From: Auanema rhodensis
Taxonomy: Eukaryota > Animalia > Nematoda
Assembly: GCA_964057225.1 (NCBI GenBank)
Contig: OZ059895.1
Coordinates: 20,956,001 to 21,020,000, forward strand
Length of the DNA stretch: 64,000 nt
Direction of reading: 5' to 3'
Each line of letters opens with the position of its first letter. The first letter of the stretch is position 1. The notes under the pieces are model-generated. The model did no database searches. It was not told where the DNA came from and was given only the letters and a program-made list of their open reading frames with translations. The position numbers were made by a program, and so were the translations under genes. Below are positions 26,870 through 40,900 of this stretch, in pieces.

Positions 26870-29800
26870 TGATGTGCACTTGGTATGTAACTCGCTTCAC
26901 GTCAAAGATAAAGAGATGCGGTTTTCAAAATTAGATTCCCCATGTCCATATTAGTCTAAAAACAAATTTTTATTAATATTGGTGCATGGTAACCATGACT
27001 TTGAAATTTACGTGAACTTTAATTTATGCTAATTAAGTGTACACATGATGTGCACTTGGTATGTAACTCGCTTCACGTGAAAGATGAAGAGATGCGGTTT
27101 TCAAAATTAGATTCCTCATGTCCATATTAGTCTAAAAACGAATTTTTATTGATATTGGTGCATGGTAACCATGACTTTGAAATTTACGTGAACTTTAATT
27201 TATGCTTATTAAGTGTACACGTGATGTGCACTTGGTATGTAACTCGCTTCACGTGAAAGATAAAGGGATGCGGTTTTCAAAATTAGATTCCCCATGTCCA
27301 TATTAGTCTAAAAACAAATTTTTATTGATATTGGTGCATGGCAACCATGACTTTGAAATTTACGTGAACTTTAATTTATGCTAATTAAGTGTACACATGA
27401 TGTGCACTTGGTATGTAACTCGCTTCACGTGAAAGATGAAGAGATGCGGTTTTCAAAATTAGATTCCTCATGTCCATATTAGTCTAAAAACGAATTTTTA
27501 TCGATATTGGTGCATGGTAACCATGACTTTGAAATTTACGTGAACTTTAATTTATGCTAATTAAGTGTACACATGATGTGCACTTGGTATGTAACTCGCT
27601 TCACGTGAAAGATAAAGAGATGCGGTTTTCAAAATTAGATTCCCCATTTCCATGTTAGTCTAAAAACAAATTTTTATTGATATTGGTGCATGGTAACCAT
27701 GACTTTGAAATTTACATGAACTTTAATTTATGCTAATTAAGTGTACACATGATGTGCGCTTGGTATGTAACTCGCTTCACGTGAAAGATAAAGAGATGCG
27801 GTTTTCAAAATTAGATTCCCCATTTCCATATTAGTCTAAAAACAAATTTTTATTGATATTGGTGCATGGCAACCATGACTTTAAAATTTACGTGAACTTT
27901 AATTTATGCTAATTAAGTGTACACATGATGTGCACTTGGTATGTAACTCGCTTCACGTCAAAGATAAAGAGATGCGGTTTTCAAAATTAGATTCCCCATG
28001 TCCATATTAGTCTAAAAACAAATTTTTATTAATATTGGTGCATGGTAACCATGACTTTGAAATTTACGTGAACTTTAATTTATGCTAATTAAGTGTACAC
28101 ATGATGTGCACTTGGTATGTAACTCGCTTCACGTGAAAGATGAAGAGATGCGGTTTTCAAAATTAGATTCCTCATGTCCATATTAGTCTAAAAACGAATT
28201 TTTATTGATATTGGTGCATGGTAACCATGACTTTGAAATTTACGTGAACTTTAATTTATGCTTATTAAGTGTACACGTGATGTGCACTTGGTATGTAACT
28301 CGCTTCACGTGAAAGATAAAAGGATGCGGTTTTCAAAATTAGATTCCCCATGTCCATATTAGTCTAAAAACAAATTTTTATTGATATTGGTGCATGGTAA
28401 CCATGACTTTGAAATTTACGTGAACTTTAATTTATGCTAATTAAGTGTACACATGATGTGCACTTGGTATGTAACTCGCTTCACGTGAAAGATGAAAAGA
28501 TGCGGTTTTCAAAATTAGATTCCCCATGTCCATATTAGTCTAAAAACAAATTTTTATTGATATTGGTGCATGGTAACCATGACTTTGAAATTTACGTGAA
28601 CTTTAATTTATGCTAATTAAGTGTACACATGATGTGCACTTGGTATGTAACTCGCTTCACGTCAAAGATAAAGAGATGCGGTTTTCAAAATTAGATTCCC
28701 CATGTCCATATTAGTCTAAAAACAAATTTTTATTAATATTGGTGCATGATAACCATGACTTTGAAATTTACGTGAACTTTAATTTATGCTAATTAAGTGT
28801 ACACATGATGTGAACTTGGTATGTAACTCGCTTCACGTGAAAGATGAAGAGATGCGGTTTTCAAAATTAGATTCCTCATGTCCATATTAGTCTAAAAACG
28901 AATTTTTATCGATATTGGTGCATTGTAACCATGACTTTGAAATTTACGTGAACTTTAATTTATGCTAATTAAGTGTACACATGATGTGCACTTGGTATGT
29001 AACTCGCTTCACGTCAAAGATAAAGAGATGCGGTTTTCAAAATTAGATTCCCCATGTCCATATTAGCCTAAAAACAAATTTTTATTAATATTGGTGCATG
29101 GTAACCATGACTTTGAAATTTACGTGAACTTTAATTTATGCTAATTAAGTGTACACATGATGTGCACTTGGTATGTAACTCGCTTCACGTGAAAGATGAA
29201 GAGATGCGGTTTTCAAAATTAGATTCCTCATGTCCATATTAGTCTAAAAACGAATTTTTATTGATATTGGTGCATGGTAACCATGACTTTGAAATTTACG
29301 TGAACTTTAATTTATGCTTATTAAGTGTACACGTGATGTGCACTTGGTATGTAACTCGCTTCACGTGAAAGATAAAGGGATGCGGTTTTCAAAATTAGAT
29401 TCCCCATGTCCATATTAGTCTAAAAACAAATTTTTATTGATATTGGTGCATGGCAACCATGACTTTGAAATTTACGTGAACTTTAATTTATGCTAATTAA
29501 GTGTACACATGATGTGCACTTGGTATGTAACTCGCTTCACGTGAAAGATGAAGAGATGCGGTTTTCAAAATTAGATTCCTCATGTCCATATTAGTCTAAA
29601 AACGAATTTTTATCGATATTGGTGCATGGTAACCATGACTTTGAAATTTACGTGAACTTTAATTTATGCTAATTAAGTGTACACATGATGTGCACTTGGT
29701 ATGTAACTCGCTTCACGTGAAAGATAAAGAGATGCGGTTTTCAAAATTAGATTCCCCATTTCCATGTTAGTCTAAAAACAAATTTTTATTGATATTGGTG

Positions 29801-31100
29801 CATGGTAACCATGACTTTGAAATTTACATGAACTTTAATTTATGCTAATTAAGTGTACACATGATGTGCGCTTGGTATGTAACTCGCTTCACGTGAAAGA
29901 TAAAGAGATGCGGTTTTCAAAATTAGATTCCCCATTTCCATATTAGTCTAAAAACAAATTTTTATTGATATTGGTGCATGGCAACCATGACTTTAAAATT
30001 TACGTGAACTTTAATTTATGCTAATTAAGTGTACACATGATGTGCACTTGGTATGTAACTCGCTTCACGTCAAAGATAAAGAGATGCGGTTTTCAAAATT
30101 AGATTCCCCATGTCCATATTAGTCTAAAAACAAATTTTTATTAATATTGGTGCATGGTAACCATGACTTTGAAATTTACGTGAACTTTAATTTATGCTAA
30201 TTAAGTGTACACATGATGTGCACTTGGTATGTAACTCGCTTCACGTGAAAGATGAAGAGATGCGGTTTTCAAAATTAGATTCCCCATGTCCATATTAGTC
30301 TAAAAACAAATTTTTATTAATATTGGTGCATGGTAACCATGACTTTGAAATTTACGTGAACTTTAATTTATGCTTATTAAGTGTACACGTGATGTGCACT
30401 TGGTATGTAACTCGCTTCACGTGAAAGATAAAAGGATGCGGTTTTCAAAATTAGATTCCCCATGTCCATATTAGTCTAAAAACAAATTTTTATTGATATT
30501 GGTGCATGGTAACCATGACTTTGAAATTTACGTGAACTTTAATTTATGCTAATTAAGTGTACACATGATGTGCACTTGGTATGTAACTCGCTTCACGTGA
30601 AAGATGAAAAGATGCGGTTTTCAAAATTAGATTCCCCATGTCCATATTAGTCTAAAAACAAATTTTTATTGATATTGGTGCATGGTAACCATGACTTTGA
30701 AATTTACGTGAACTTTAATTTATGCTAATTAAGTGTACACATGATGTGCACTTGGTATGTAACTCGCTTCACGTCAAAGATAAAGAGATGCGGTTTTCAA
30801 AATTAGATTCCCCATGTCCATATTAGTCTAAAAACAAATTTTTATTAATATTGGTGCATGATAACCATGACTTTGAAATTTACGTGAACTTTAATTTATG
30901 CTAATTAAGTGTACACATGATGTGAACTTGGTATGTAACTCGCTTCACGTGAAAGATGAAGAGATGCGGTTTTCAAAATTAGATTCCTCATGTCCATATT
31001 AGTCTAAAAACGAATTTTTATCGATATTGGTGCATTGTAACCATGACTTTGAAATTTACGTGAACTTTAATTTATGCTAATTAAGTGTACACATGATGTG
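26870..31100. repeat. 12-monomer (2112 bp) tandem duplication
   Basis: TTTACATG at 27716/29828; AAAAGGATG at 28321/30433; CATGATAACC at 28749/30861; CATTGTAACC at 28924/31036. All offsets are 2112 bp. Confidence 0.92.
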
Positions 31101-32199
31101 CGCTTGGTATGTAACTCGCTTCACGTGAAAGATAAAGAGATGCGGTTTTCAAAATTAGATTCCCCATTTCCATATTAGTCTAAAAACAAATTTTTATTGA
31201 TATTGGTGCATGGCAACCATGACTTTAAAATTTACGTGAACTTTAATTTATGCTAATTAAGTGTACACATGATGTGCACTTGGTATGTAACTCGCTTCAC
31301 GTCAAAGATAAAGAGATGCGGTTTTCAAAATTAGATTCCCCATGTCCATATTAGTCTAAAAACAAATTTTTATTAATATTGGTGCATGGTAACCATGACT
31401 TTGAAATTTACGTGAACTTTAATTTATGCTAATTAAGTGTACACATGATGTGCACTTGGTATGTAACTCGCTTCACGTGAAAGATGAAGAGATGCGGTTT
31501 TCAAAATTAGATTCCTCATGTCCATATTAGTCTAAAAACGAATTTTTATTGATATTGGTGCATGGTAACCATGACTTTGAAATTTACGTGAACTTCAATT
31601 TATGCTTATTAAGTGTACACGTGATGTGCACTTGGTATGTAACTCGCTTCACGTGAAAGATAAAGGGATGCGGTTTTCAAAATTAGATTCCCCATGTCCA
31701 TATTAGTCTAAAAACAAATTTTTATTGATATTGGTGCATGGTAACCATGACTTTGAAATTTACGTGAACTTTAATTTATGCTAATTAAGTGTACACATGA
31801 TGTGCTCTTGGTATGTAACTCGCTTCACGTGAAAGATGAAGAGATGCGGTTTTCAAAATTAGATTCCCCATGTCCATATTAGTCTAAAAACAATTTTTTA
31901 TTAATATTGGTGCATGGTAACCATGACTTTAAAATTTACGTGAACTTTAATTTATGCTAATTAAGTGTACACATGATGTGCACTTGTTATGTAACTCGCT
32001 TCACGTGAAAGATGAAGAGATGCGGTTTTCAAAATTAGATTCCTCATGTCCATATTAGTCTAAAAACGAATTTTTATCGATATTGGTGCATGGTAACCAT
32101 GACTTTGAAATTTACGTGAACTTTAATTTATGCTAATTAAGTGTACACATGATGTGCGCTTGGTATGTAACTCGCTTCACGTGAAAGATAAAGAGATGC

Positions 32200-35100
32200 G
32201 GTTTTCAAAATTAGATTCCCCATTTCCATATTAGTCTAAAAACAAATTTTTATCATTATTGGTGCATGGTAACCATGACTTTGAAATTTACGTGAACTTT
32301 AATTTATGCTAATTAAGTGTACACATGATGTGCACTTGGTATGTAACTCGCTTCACGTGAAAGATGAAGAGATGCGGTTTTCAAAATTAGATTCCTCATG
32401 TCCATATTAGTCTAAAAACGAATTTTTATTGATATTGGTGCATGGTAACCATGACTTTGAAATTTACGTGAACTTTAATTTATGCTTATTAAGTGTACAC
32501 GTGATGTGCACTTGGTATGTAACTCGCTTCACGTGAACGATAAAGGGATGCGGTTTTCAAAATTAGATTCCTCATGTCCATATTAGTCTAAAAACGAATT
32601 TTTATTGATATTGGTGCATGGTAACCATGACTTTGAAATTTACGTGAACTTTAATTTATGCTAATTAAGTGTACACATGATGTGCGCTTGGTATGTAACT
32701 CGCTTCACGTGAAAGATAAAGAGATGCGGTTTTCAAAATTAGATTCCCCATTTCCATATTAGTCTAAAAACAAATTTTTATCATTATTGGTGCATGGTAA
32801 CCATGACTTTGAAATTTACGTGAACTTTAATTTATGCTAATTAAGTGTACACATGATGTGCACTTGGTATGTAACTCGCTTCACGTGAAAGATGAAGAGA
32901 TGCGGTTTTCAAAATTAGATTCCTCATGTCCATATTAGTCTAAAAACGAATTTTTATTGATATTGGTGCATGGTAACCATGACTTTGAAATTTACGTGAA
33001 CTTTAATTTATGCTTATTAAGTGTACACGTGATGTGCACTTGGTATGTAACTCGCTTCACGTGAAAGATAAAGGGATGCGGTTTTCAAAATTAGATTCCC
33101 CATGTCCATATTAGTCTAAAAACAAATTTTTATTGATATTGGTGCATGGTAACCATGACTTTGAAATTTACGTGAACTTTAATTTATGCTAATTAAGTGT
33201 ACACATGATGTGCACTTGGTATGTAACTCGCTTCACGTGAAAGATGAAGAGATGCGGTTTTCAAAATTAGATTCCTCATGTCCATATTAGTCTAAAAACG
33301 AATTTTTATCGATATTGGTGCATGGTAACCATGACTTTGAAATTTACGTGAACTTTAATTTATGCTTATTAAGTGTACACGTGATGTGCACTTGGTATGT
33401 AACTCGCTTCACGTGAACGATAAAGGGATGCGGTTTTCAAAATTAGATTCCTCATGTCCATATTAGTCTAAAAACGAATTTTTATTGATATTGGTGCATG
33501 GTAACCATGACTTTGAAATTTACGTGAACTTTAATTTATGCTAATTAAGTGTACACATGATGTGCACTTGGTATGTAACTCGCTTCACGTGAAAGATGAA
33601 GAGATGCGGTTTTCAAAATTAGATTCCTCATGTTCATATTAGTCTAAAAACGAATTTTTATCGATATTGGTGCATGGTAACCATGACTTTGAAATTTACG
33701 TGAACTTTAATTTATGCTTATTAAGTGTACACATGATGTGCACTTGGTATGTAACTCGCTTCACGTGAAAGATGAAGAGATGCGGTTTTCAAAATTAGAT
33801 TCCTCATGTCCATATTAGTCTAAAAACGAATTTTTATTGATATTGGTGCATGGTAACCATGACTTTGAAATTTACGTGAACTTTAATTTATGCTTATTAA
33901 GTGTACACGTGATGTGCACTTGGTATGTAACTCGCTTCACGTGAACGATAAAGGGATGCGGTTTTCAAAATTAGATTCCTCATGTCCATATTAGTCTAAA
34001 AACGAATTTTTATTGATATTGGTGCATGGTAACCATGACTTTGAAATTTACGTGAACTTTAATTTATGCTAATTAAGTGTACACATGATGTGCACTTGGT
34101 ATGTAACTCGCTTCACGTGAAAGATGAAGAGATGCGGTTTTCAAAATTAGATTCCTCATGTTCATATTAGTCTAAAAACGAATTTTTATCGATATTGGTG
34201 CATGGTAACCATGACTTTGAAATTTACGTGAACTTTAATTTATGCTTATTAAGTGTACACATGATGTGCACTTGGTATGTAACTCGCTTCACGTGAAAGA
34301 TGAAGAGATGCGGTTTTCAAAATTAGATTCCTCATGTCCATATTAGTCTAAAAACGAATTTTTATTGATATTGGTGCATGGTAACCATGACTTTGAAATT
34401 TACGTGAACTTTAATTTATGCTTATTAAGTGTACACGTGATGTGCACTTGGTATGTAACTCGCTTCACGTGAAAGATGAAGAGATGCGGTTTTCAAAATT
34501 AGATTCCTCATGTCCATATTAGTCTAAAAACGAATTTTTATTGATATTGGTGCATGGTAACCATGACTTTGAAATTTACGTGAACTTTAATTTATGCTTA
34601 TTAAGTGTACACGTGATGTGCACTTGGTATGTAACTCGCTTCACGTGAAAGATAAAGGGATGCGGTTTTCAAAATTAGATTCCCCATGTCCATATTAGTC
34701 TAAAAACAAATTTTTATTGATATTGGTGCATGGTAACCATGACTTTGAAATTTACGTGAACTTTAATTTATGCTAATTAAGTGTACACATGATGTGCACT
34801 TGGTATGTAACTCGCTTCACGTGAAAGATGAAGAGATGCGGTTTTCAAAATTAGATTCCTCATGTCCATATTAGTCTAAAAACGAATTTTTATTGATATT
34901 GGTGCATGGTAACCATGACTTTGAAATTTACGTGAACTTTAATTTATGCTAATTAAGTGTACACATGATGTGCACTTGGTATGTAACTCGCTTCACGTGA
35001 AAGATGAAGAGATGCGGTTTTCAAAATTAGATTCCTCATGTTCATATTAGTCTAAAAACGAATTTTTATCGATATTGGTGCATGGTAACCATGACTTTGA

Positions 35101-35800
35101 AATTTACGTGAACTTTAATTTATGCTTATTAAGTGTACACATGATGTGCACTTGGTATGTAACTCGCTTCACGTGAAAGATGAAGAGATGCGGTTTTCAA
35201 AATTAGATTCCTCATGTCCATATTAGTCTAAAAACGAATTTTTATTGATATTGGTGCATGGTAACCATGACTTTGAAATTTACGTGAACTTTAATTTATG
35301 CTTATTAAGTGTACACGTGATGTGCACTTGGTATGTAACTCGCTTCACGTCAAAGATAAAGAGATGCGGTTTTCAAAATTAGATTCCCCATGTCCATATT
35401 AGTCTAAAAACAAATTTTTATTGATATTGGTGCATGGTAACCATGACTTTGAAATTTACGTGAACTTTAATTTATGCTTATTAAGTGTACACATGATGTG
35501 CACTTGGTATGTAACTCGCTTCACGTGAACGATAAAGGGATGCGGTTTTCAAAATTAGATTCCTCATGTCCATATTAGTCTAAAAACGAATTTTTATTGA
35601 TATTGGTGCATGGTAACCATGACTTTGAAATTTACGTGAACTTTAATTTATGCTAATTAAGTGTACACATGATGTGCACTTGGTATGTAACTCGCTTCAC
35701 GTGAAAGATGAAGAGATGCGGTTTTCAAAATTAGATTCCTCATGTTCATATTAGTCTAAAAACGAATTTTTATCGATATTGGTGCATGGTAACCATGACT
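32200..35800. repeat. Domain of short-period (3-5 monomer) expansions enriched in CTTATT/ACACGTG monomers
   Basis: TATCATTA at 32254/32782 (528 bp); GTGAACGAT at 32538, 33418, 33946, 35530; CATGTTCAT at 33634, 34162, 35042, 35746 (528, 880, 704 bp). Confidence 0.8.
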
Positions 35801-37932
35801 TTGAAATTTACGTGAACTTTAATTTATGCTTATTAAGTGTACACGTGATGTGCACTTGGTATGTAACTCGCTTCACGTGAGAGATAAAGAGATGCGGTTT
35901 TCAAAATTAGATTCCCCATGTCCATATTAGTCTAAAAACAAATTTTTTTTGATATTGGTGCATGGTAACCATGACTTTGAAATTTACGTGAACTTCAATT
36001 TATGCTAATTAAGTGTACACATGATGTGCACTTGGTATGTAACTCGCTTCACGTCAAAGATAAAGAGATGCGGTTTTCAAAATTAGATTCCCCATGTCCA
36101 TATTAGTCTAAAAACAAATTTTTATTAATATTGGTGCATGGTAACCATGACTTTGAAATTTACGTGAACTTTAATTTATGCTAATTAAATGTACACCTGA
36201 TGTGCACTTGGTATGTAACTCGCTTCACGTGAAAGATAAAGAGATGCGGTTTTCAAAATTAGATTCCCCATTTCCATATTAGACTAAAAACGAATTTTTA
36301 TTGATATTGGTGCATGGTAACCATGACTTTGAAATTTACGTGAACTTTAATTTATGCTTATTAGGTGTACACGTGATGTGCACTTGGTATGTAACTCGCT
36401 TCACGTGAAAGATAAAGAGATGCGGTTTTCAAAATTAGATTCCTCATGTCCATATTAGTCTAAAAACGAATTTTTATTGATATTGGTGCATGGTAACCAT
36501 GACTTTGAAATTTACGTGAACTTTAATTTATGCTAATTAAGTGTACACATGATGTGCACTTGGTATGTAACTCGCTTCACGTGAAAGATGAAGAGATGCG
36601 GTTTTCAAAATTAGATTCCCCATTTCCATATTAGACTAAAAACGAATTTTTATTGATATTGGTGCATGGTAACAATGACTTTGAAATTTACGTGAACTTT
36701 AATTTATGCTAATTAAGTGTACACATGATGTGCACTTGGTATGTAACTCGCTTCACGTCAAAGATAAAGAGATGCGGTTTTCAAAATTAGATTCCTCATG
36801 TCCATATTAGACTAAAAACGAATTTTTATTGATATTGGTGCATGGTAACAATGACTTTGAAATTTACGTGAACTTTAATTTATGCTAATTAAGTGTACAC
36901 ATGATGTGCACTTGGTATGTAACTCGCTTCACGTCAAAGATAAAGAGATGCGGTTTTCAAAATTAGATTCCTCATGTCCATATTAGTCTAAAAACGAATT
37001 TTTATTGATATTGGTGCATGGTAACCATGACTTTGAAATTTACGTGAACTTTAATTTATGCTAATTAAGTGTACACATGATGTGCACTTGGTATGTAACT
37101 CGCTTCACGTGAAAGATGAAGAGATGCGGTTTTCAAAATTAGATTCCTCATGTCCATATTAGTCTAAAAACCAATTTTTATCGATATTGGTGCATGGTAA
37201 CCATTACTTTGAAATTTACGTGAACTTTAATTTATGCTAATTAAGTGTACACCTGATGTGCACTTGGTATGTAACTCGCTTCACGTGAAAGATAAAGAGA
37301 TGTGGTTTTCAAAATTAGATTCCCCATTTCCATATTAGTCTAAAAACGAATTTTTATTGATATTGGTGCATGGTAACCATGACTTTGAAATTTACGTGAA
37401 CTTTAATTTATGCTTATTAAGTGTACACGTGATGTGCACTTGGTATGTAACTCGCTTCACGTGAAAGATAAAGAGATGCGGTTTTCAAACTTAGATTCCC
37501 CATGTCCATATTAGTCTAAAAACAAATTTTTATTAATATTGGTGCATGGTAACCATGACTTTGAAATTTACGTGAACTTTAATTTATGCTAATTAAGTGT
37601 ACACATGATGTGCACTTGGCATGTAACTCGCTTCACGTCAAAGATAAAGAGATGCGGTTTTCAAAATTAGATTCCCCATGTCCATATTAGTCTAAAAACA
37701 AATTTTTATTAATATTGGTGCATGGTAACCATGACTTTGAAATTTACGTGAACTTTAATTTATGCTAATTAAGTGTACACATGATGTGCACTTGGTATGT
37801 AACTCGCTTCACGTCAAAGATAAAGAGATGCGGTTTTCAAAATTAGATTCCCCATGTCCATATTAGTCTAAAAACAAATTTTTATTAATATTGGTACATG
37901 GTAACCATGACTTTGAAATTTACGTGAACTTT

Positions 37933-40900
37933 AATTTATGCTAATTAAGTGTACACATGATGTGCACTTGGTATGTAACTGGCTTCACGTGAAAGATGAA
38001 GAGATGCGGTTTTCAAAATTAGATTCCTCATGTCCATATTAGTCTAAAAACGAATTTTTATTGATATTGGTGCATGGTAACCATGACTTTGAAATTTACG
38101 TGAACTTTAATTTATGCTTATTAAGTGTACACGTGATGTGCACTTGGTATGTAACTTGCTTCACGTGAAAGATAAAGGGATGCGGTTTTCAAAATTAGAT
38201 TCCCCATGTCCATATTAGTCTAAAAACAAATTTTTATTGATATTGGTGCATGGTAACCATGACTTTGAAATTTACGTGAACTTTAATTTATGCTAATTAA
38301 GTGTACACATGATGTGCACTTGGTATGTAACTCGCTTCACGTGAAAGATGAAGAGATGCGGTTTTCAAAATTAGATTCCCCATTTCCTTATTAGTCTAAA
38401 AACAAATTTTTATTGATATTGGTGCATGGTAACCATGACTTTGAAATTTACGTGAACTTTAATTTATGCTTATTAAGTGTACACGTGATGTGCACTTGGT
38501 ATGTAACTCGCTTCACGTGAAAGATGAAGAGATTCGCTTTTCGAAATTAGATTCCCCATGTCCATATTAGTCTAAAAACACATTTTTGTTGATATAGGTG
38601 GATGGTAACCATGACTTTGAAATTTACGTGAACTTCAATTTATGCTAATTAAGTGTACACATGATGTGCACTTGGTATGTAACTCGCTTCAAGTCAAAGA
38701 TAAAGAGATGCGGTTTTCAAAATCAGATTCCCTATGTCCATATTAGTCTAAAAACAAATTTTTATTAATATTGGTGAATGGTAACCATGACTTTGAAATT
38801 TACGTGAACTTTAATTTATGCTAATTAAGTGTACACATGATGTGCACTTGGTATATAACTCGCTTCACGTGAAAGATAAAGAGATGCGGTTTTCAAAATA
38901 GATTCCCCATTTCCATATTAGTCTAAAAACAAATTTTTATTGATATTGGTACATGGCAACCATGACTTTAAAAATTACGTGAACTTAAATTTATGCTAAT
39001 TAAGTGTACACATGATGTGCACTTGGTATGTAACTCGCTTCACGTCAAAGATAAAGAGATGCGGTTTTCAAAATTAGATTCCCCATTTCCATGTTAGTCT
39101 AAAAACAAATTTTTATTGATATTGGTGCATGGCAACCATGACTTTAAAATTTACGTGAACTTTAATTTATGCTTATTAAGTGTACACGTGATGTGCACTT
39201 GGTATGTAACTCGCTTCACGTGAAAGATGAAGAGATGCGGTTTTCAAAATTAGATTCCCCATTTTCATATTAGTCTAAAAACAAATTTTTATTGATATTG
39301 GTGCATGGTAACCATGACTTTGAAATTTACGTGAACTTTAATTTATGCTAATTGAATGTACACGTGATGTGCACTTGGTATGTAACTCGCTTCACGTGAA
39401 AGATAAAGAGATGCGGTTTTCAAAATTAGATTCCTCATGTCCATATTAGTCTAAAAACGAATTTTTATTGATATTGGTGCATGGTAACCATGACTTTGAA
39501 ATTTACGTGAACTTTAATTTATGCTAATTGAATGTACACGTGATGTGCACTTGGTATGTAAGTCGCTTCACGTAAAAGATAAAGAGATGCGGTTTTCAAA
39601 ATTAGATTCCCCATGTCCATATTAGTCTAAAAACAAATTTTTATTGATATTGGTGCATGGTAACCATGACTTTGAAATTTACGTGAACTTTAATTTATGC
39701 TAATTGAATGTACACGTGATGTGCACTTGGTATGTAACTCGCTTCACGTGAAAGATGAAGAGATGCGGTTTTCAAAATTAGATTCCCCATGTCCATATTA
39801 GTCTAAAAACAAATTTTTATTAATATTGGTGCATGGTAACCATGACTTTGAAATATACGTGAACTTTAATTTATGCTAATTAAGTGTACACATGATATGC
39901 ACTTGGTATGTAACTCGCTTCACGTGAAAGATGAAGAGATGCGGTTTCCAAAATTAGATTCCCCATTTTCATATTAGTCTAAAAACAAATTTTTATTGAT
40001 ATTGGTGCATGGTAACCATGACTTTGAAATTTACGTGAACTTTAATTTATGCTTATTAAGTGTACACGTGATGTGCACTTGGTATGTAACTCGCTTCACG
40101 TGAAAGATGAAGAGATGCGCTTTTCGAAATTAGATTCCGCATGTCCATATTAGTCTAAAAACACATTTTTGTTGATATAGGTGGATGGTAACCATGACTT
40201 TGAAATTTACGTGAACTTCAATTTATGCTAATTAAGTGTACACATGATGTGCACTTGGTATGTAACTCGCTTCAAGTCAAAGATAGAGAGATGCGGTTTT
40301 CAAAATCAGATTCCCTATGTCCATATTAGTCTAAAAACAAATTTTTATTAATATTGGTGAATGGTAACCATGACTTTGAAATTTACGTGAACTTCAATTT
40401 ATGCTAATTAAGTGTACACATGATGTGCACTTGGTATGTAACTGGCTTCACGTGAAAGATGAAGAGATGCGGTTTTCAAAATTAGATTCCTCATGTCCAT
40501 ATTAGTCTAAAAACGAATTTTTATTGATATTGGTGCATGGTAACCATGACTTTGAAATTTACGTGAACTTTAATTTATGCTTATTAAGTGTACACGTGAT
40601 GTGCACTTGGTATGTAACTTGCTTCACGTGAAAGATAAAGGGATGCGGTTTTCAAAATTAGATTCCCCATGTCCATATTAGTCTAAAAACAAATTTTTAT
40701 TGATATTGGTGCATGGTAACCATGACTTTGAAATTTACGTGAACTTTAATTTATGCTAATTAAGTGTACACATGATGTGCACTTGGTATGTAACTCGCTT
40801 CACGTGAAAGATGAAGAGATGCGGTTTTCAAAATTAGATTCCCCATTTCCTTATTAGTCTAAAAACAAATTTTTATTGATATTGGTGCATGGTAACCATG

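Noticed and set aside
38530-38560. Possible CENP-B box at the TTCG created in the diverged monomers
   Set aside because: It does not fit NTTCGNNNNANNCGGGN; there is no downstream CGGG.
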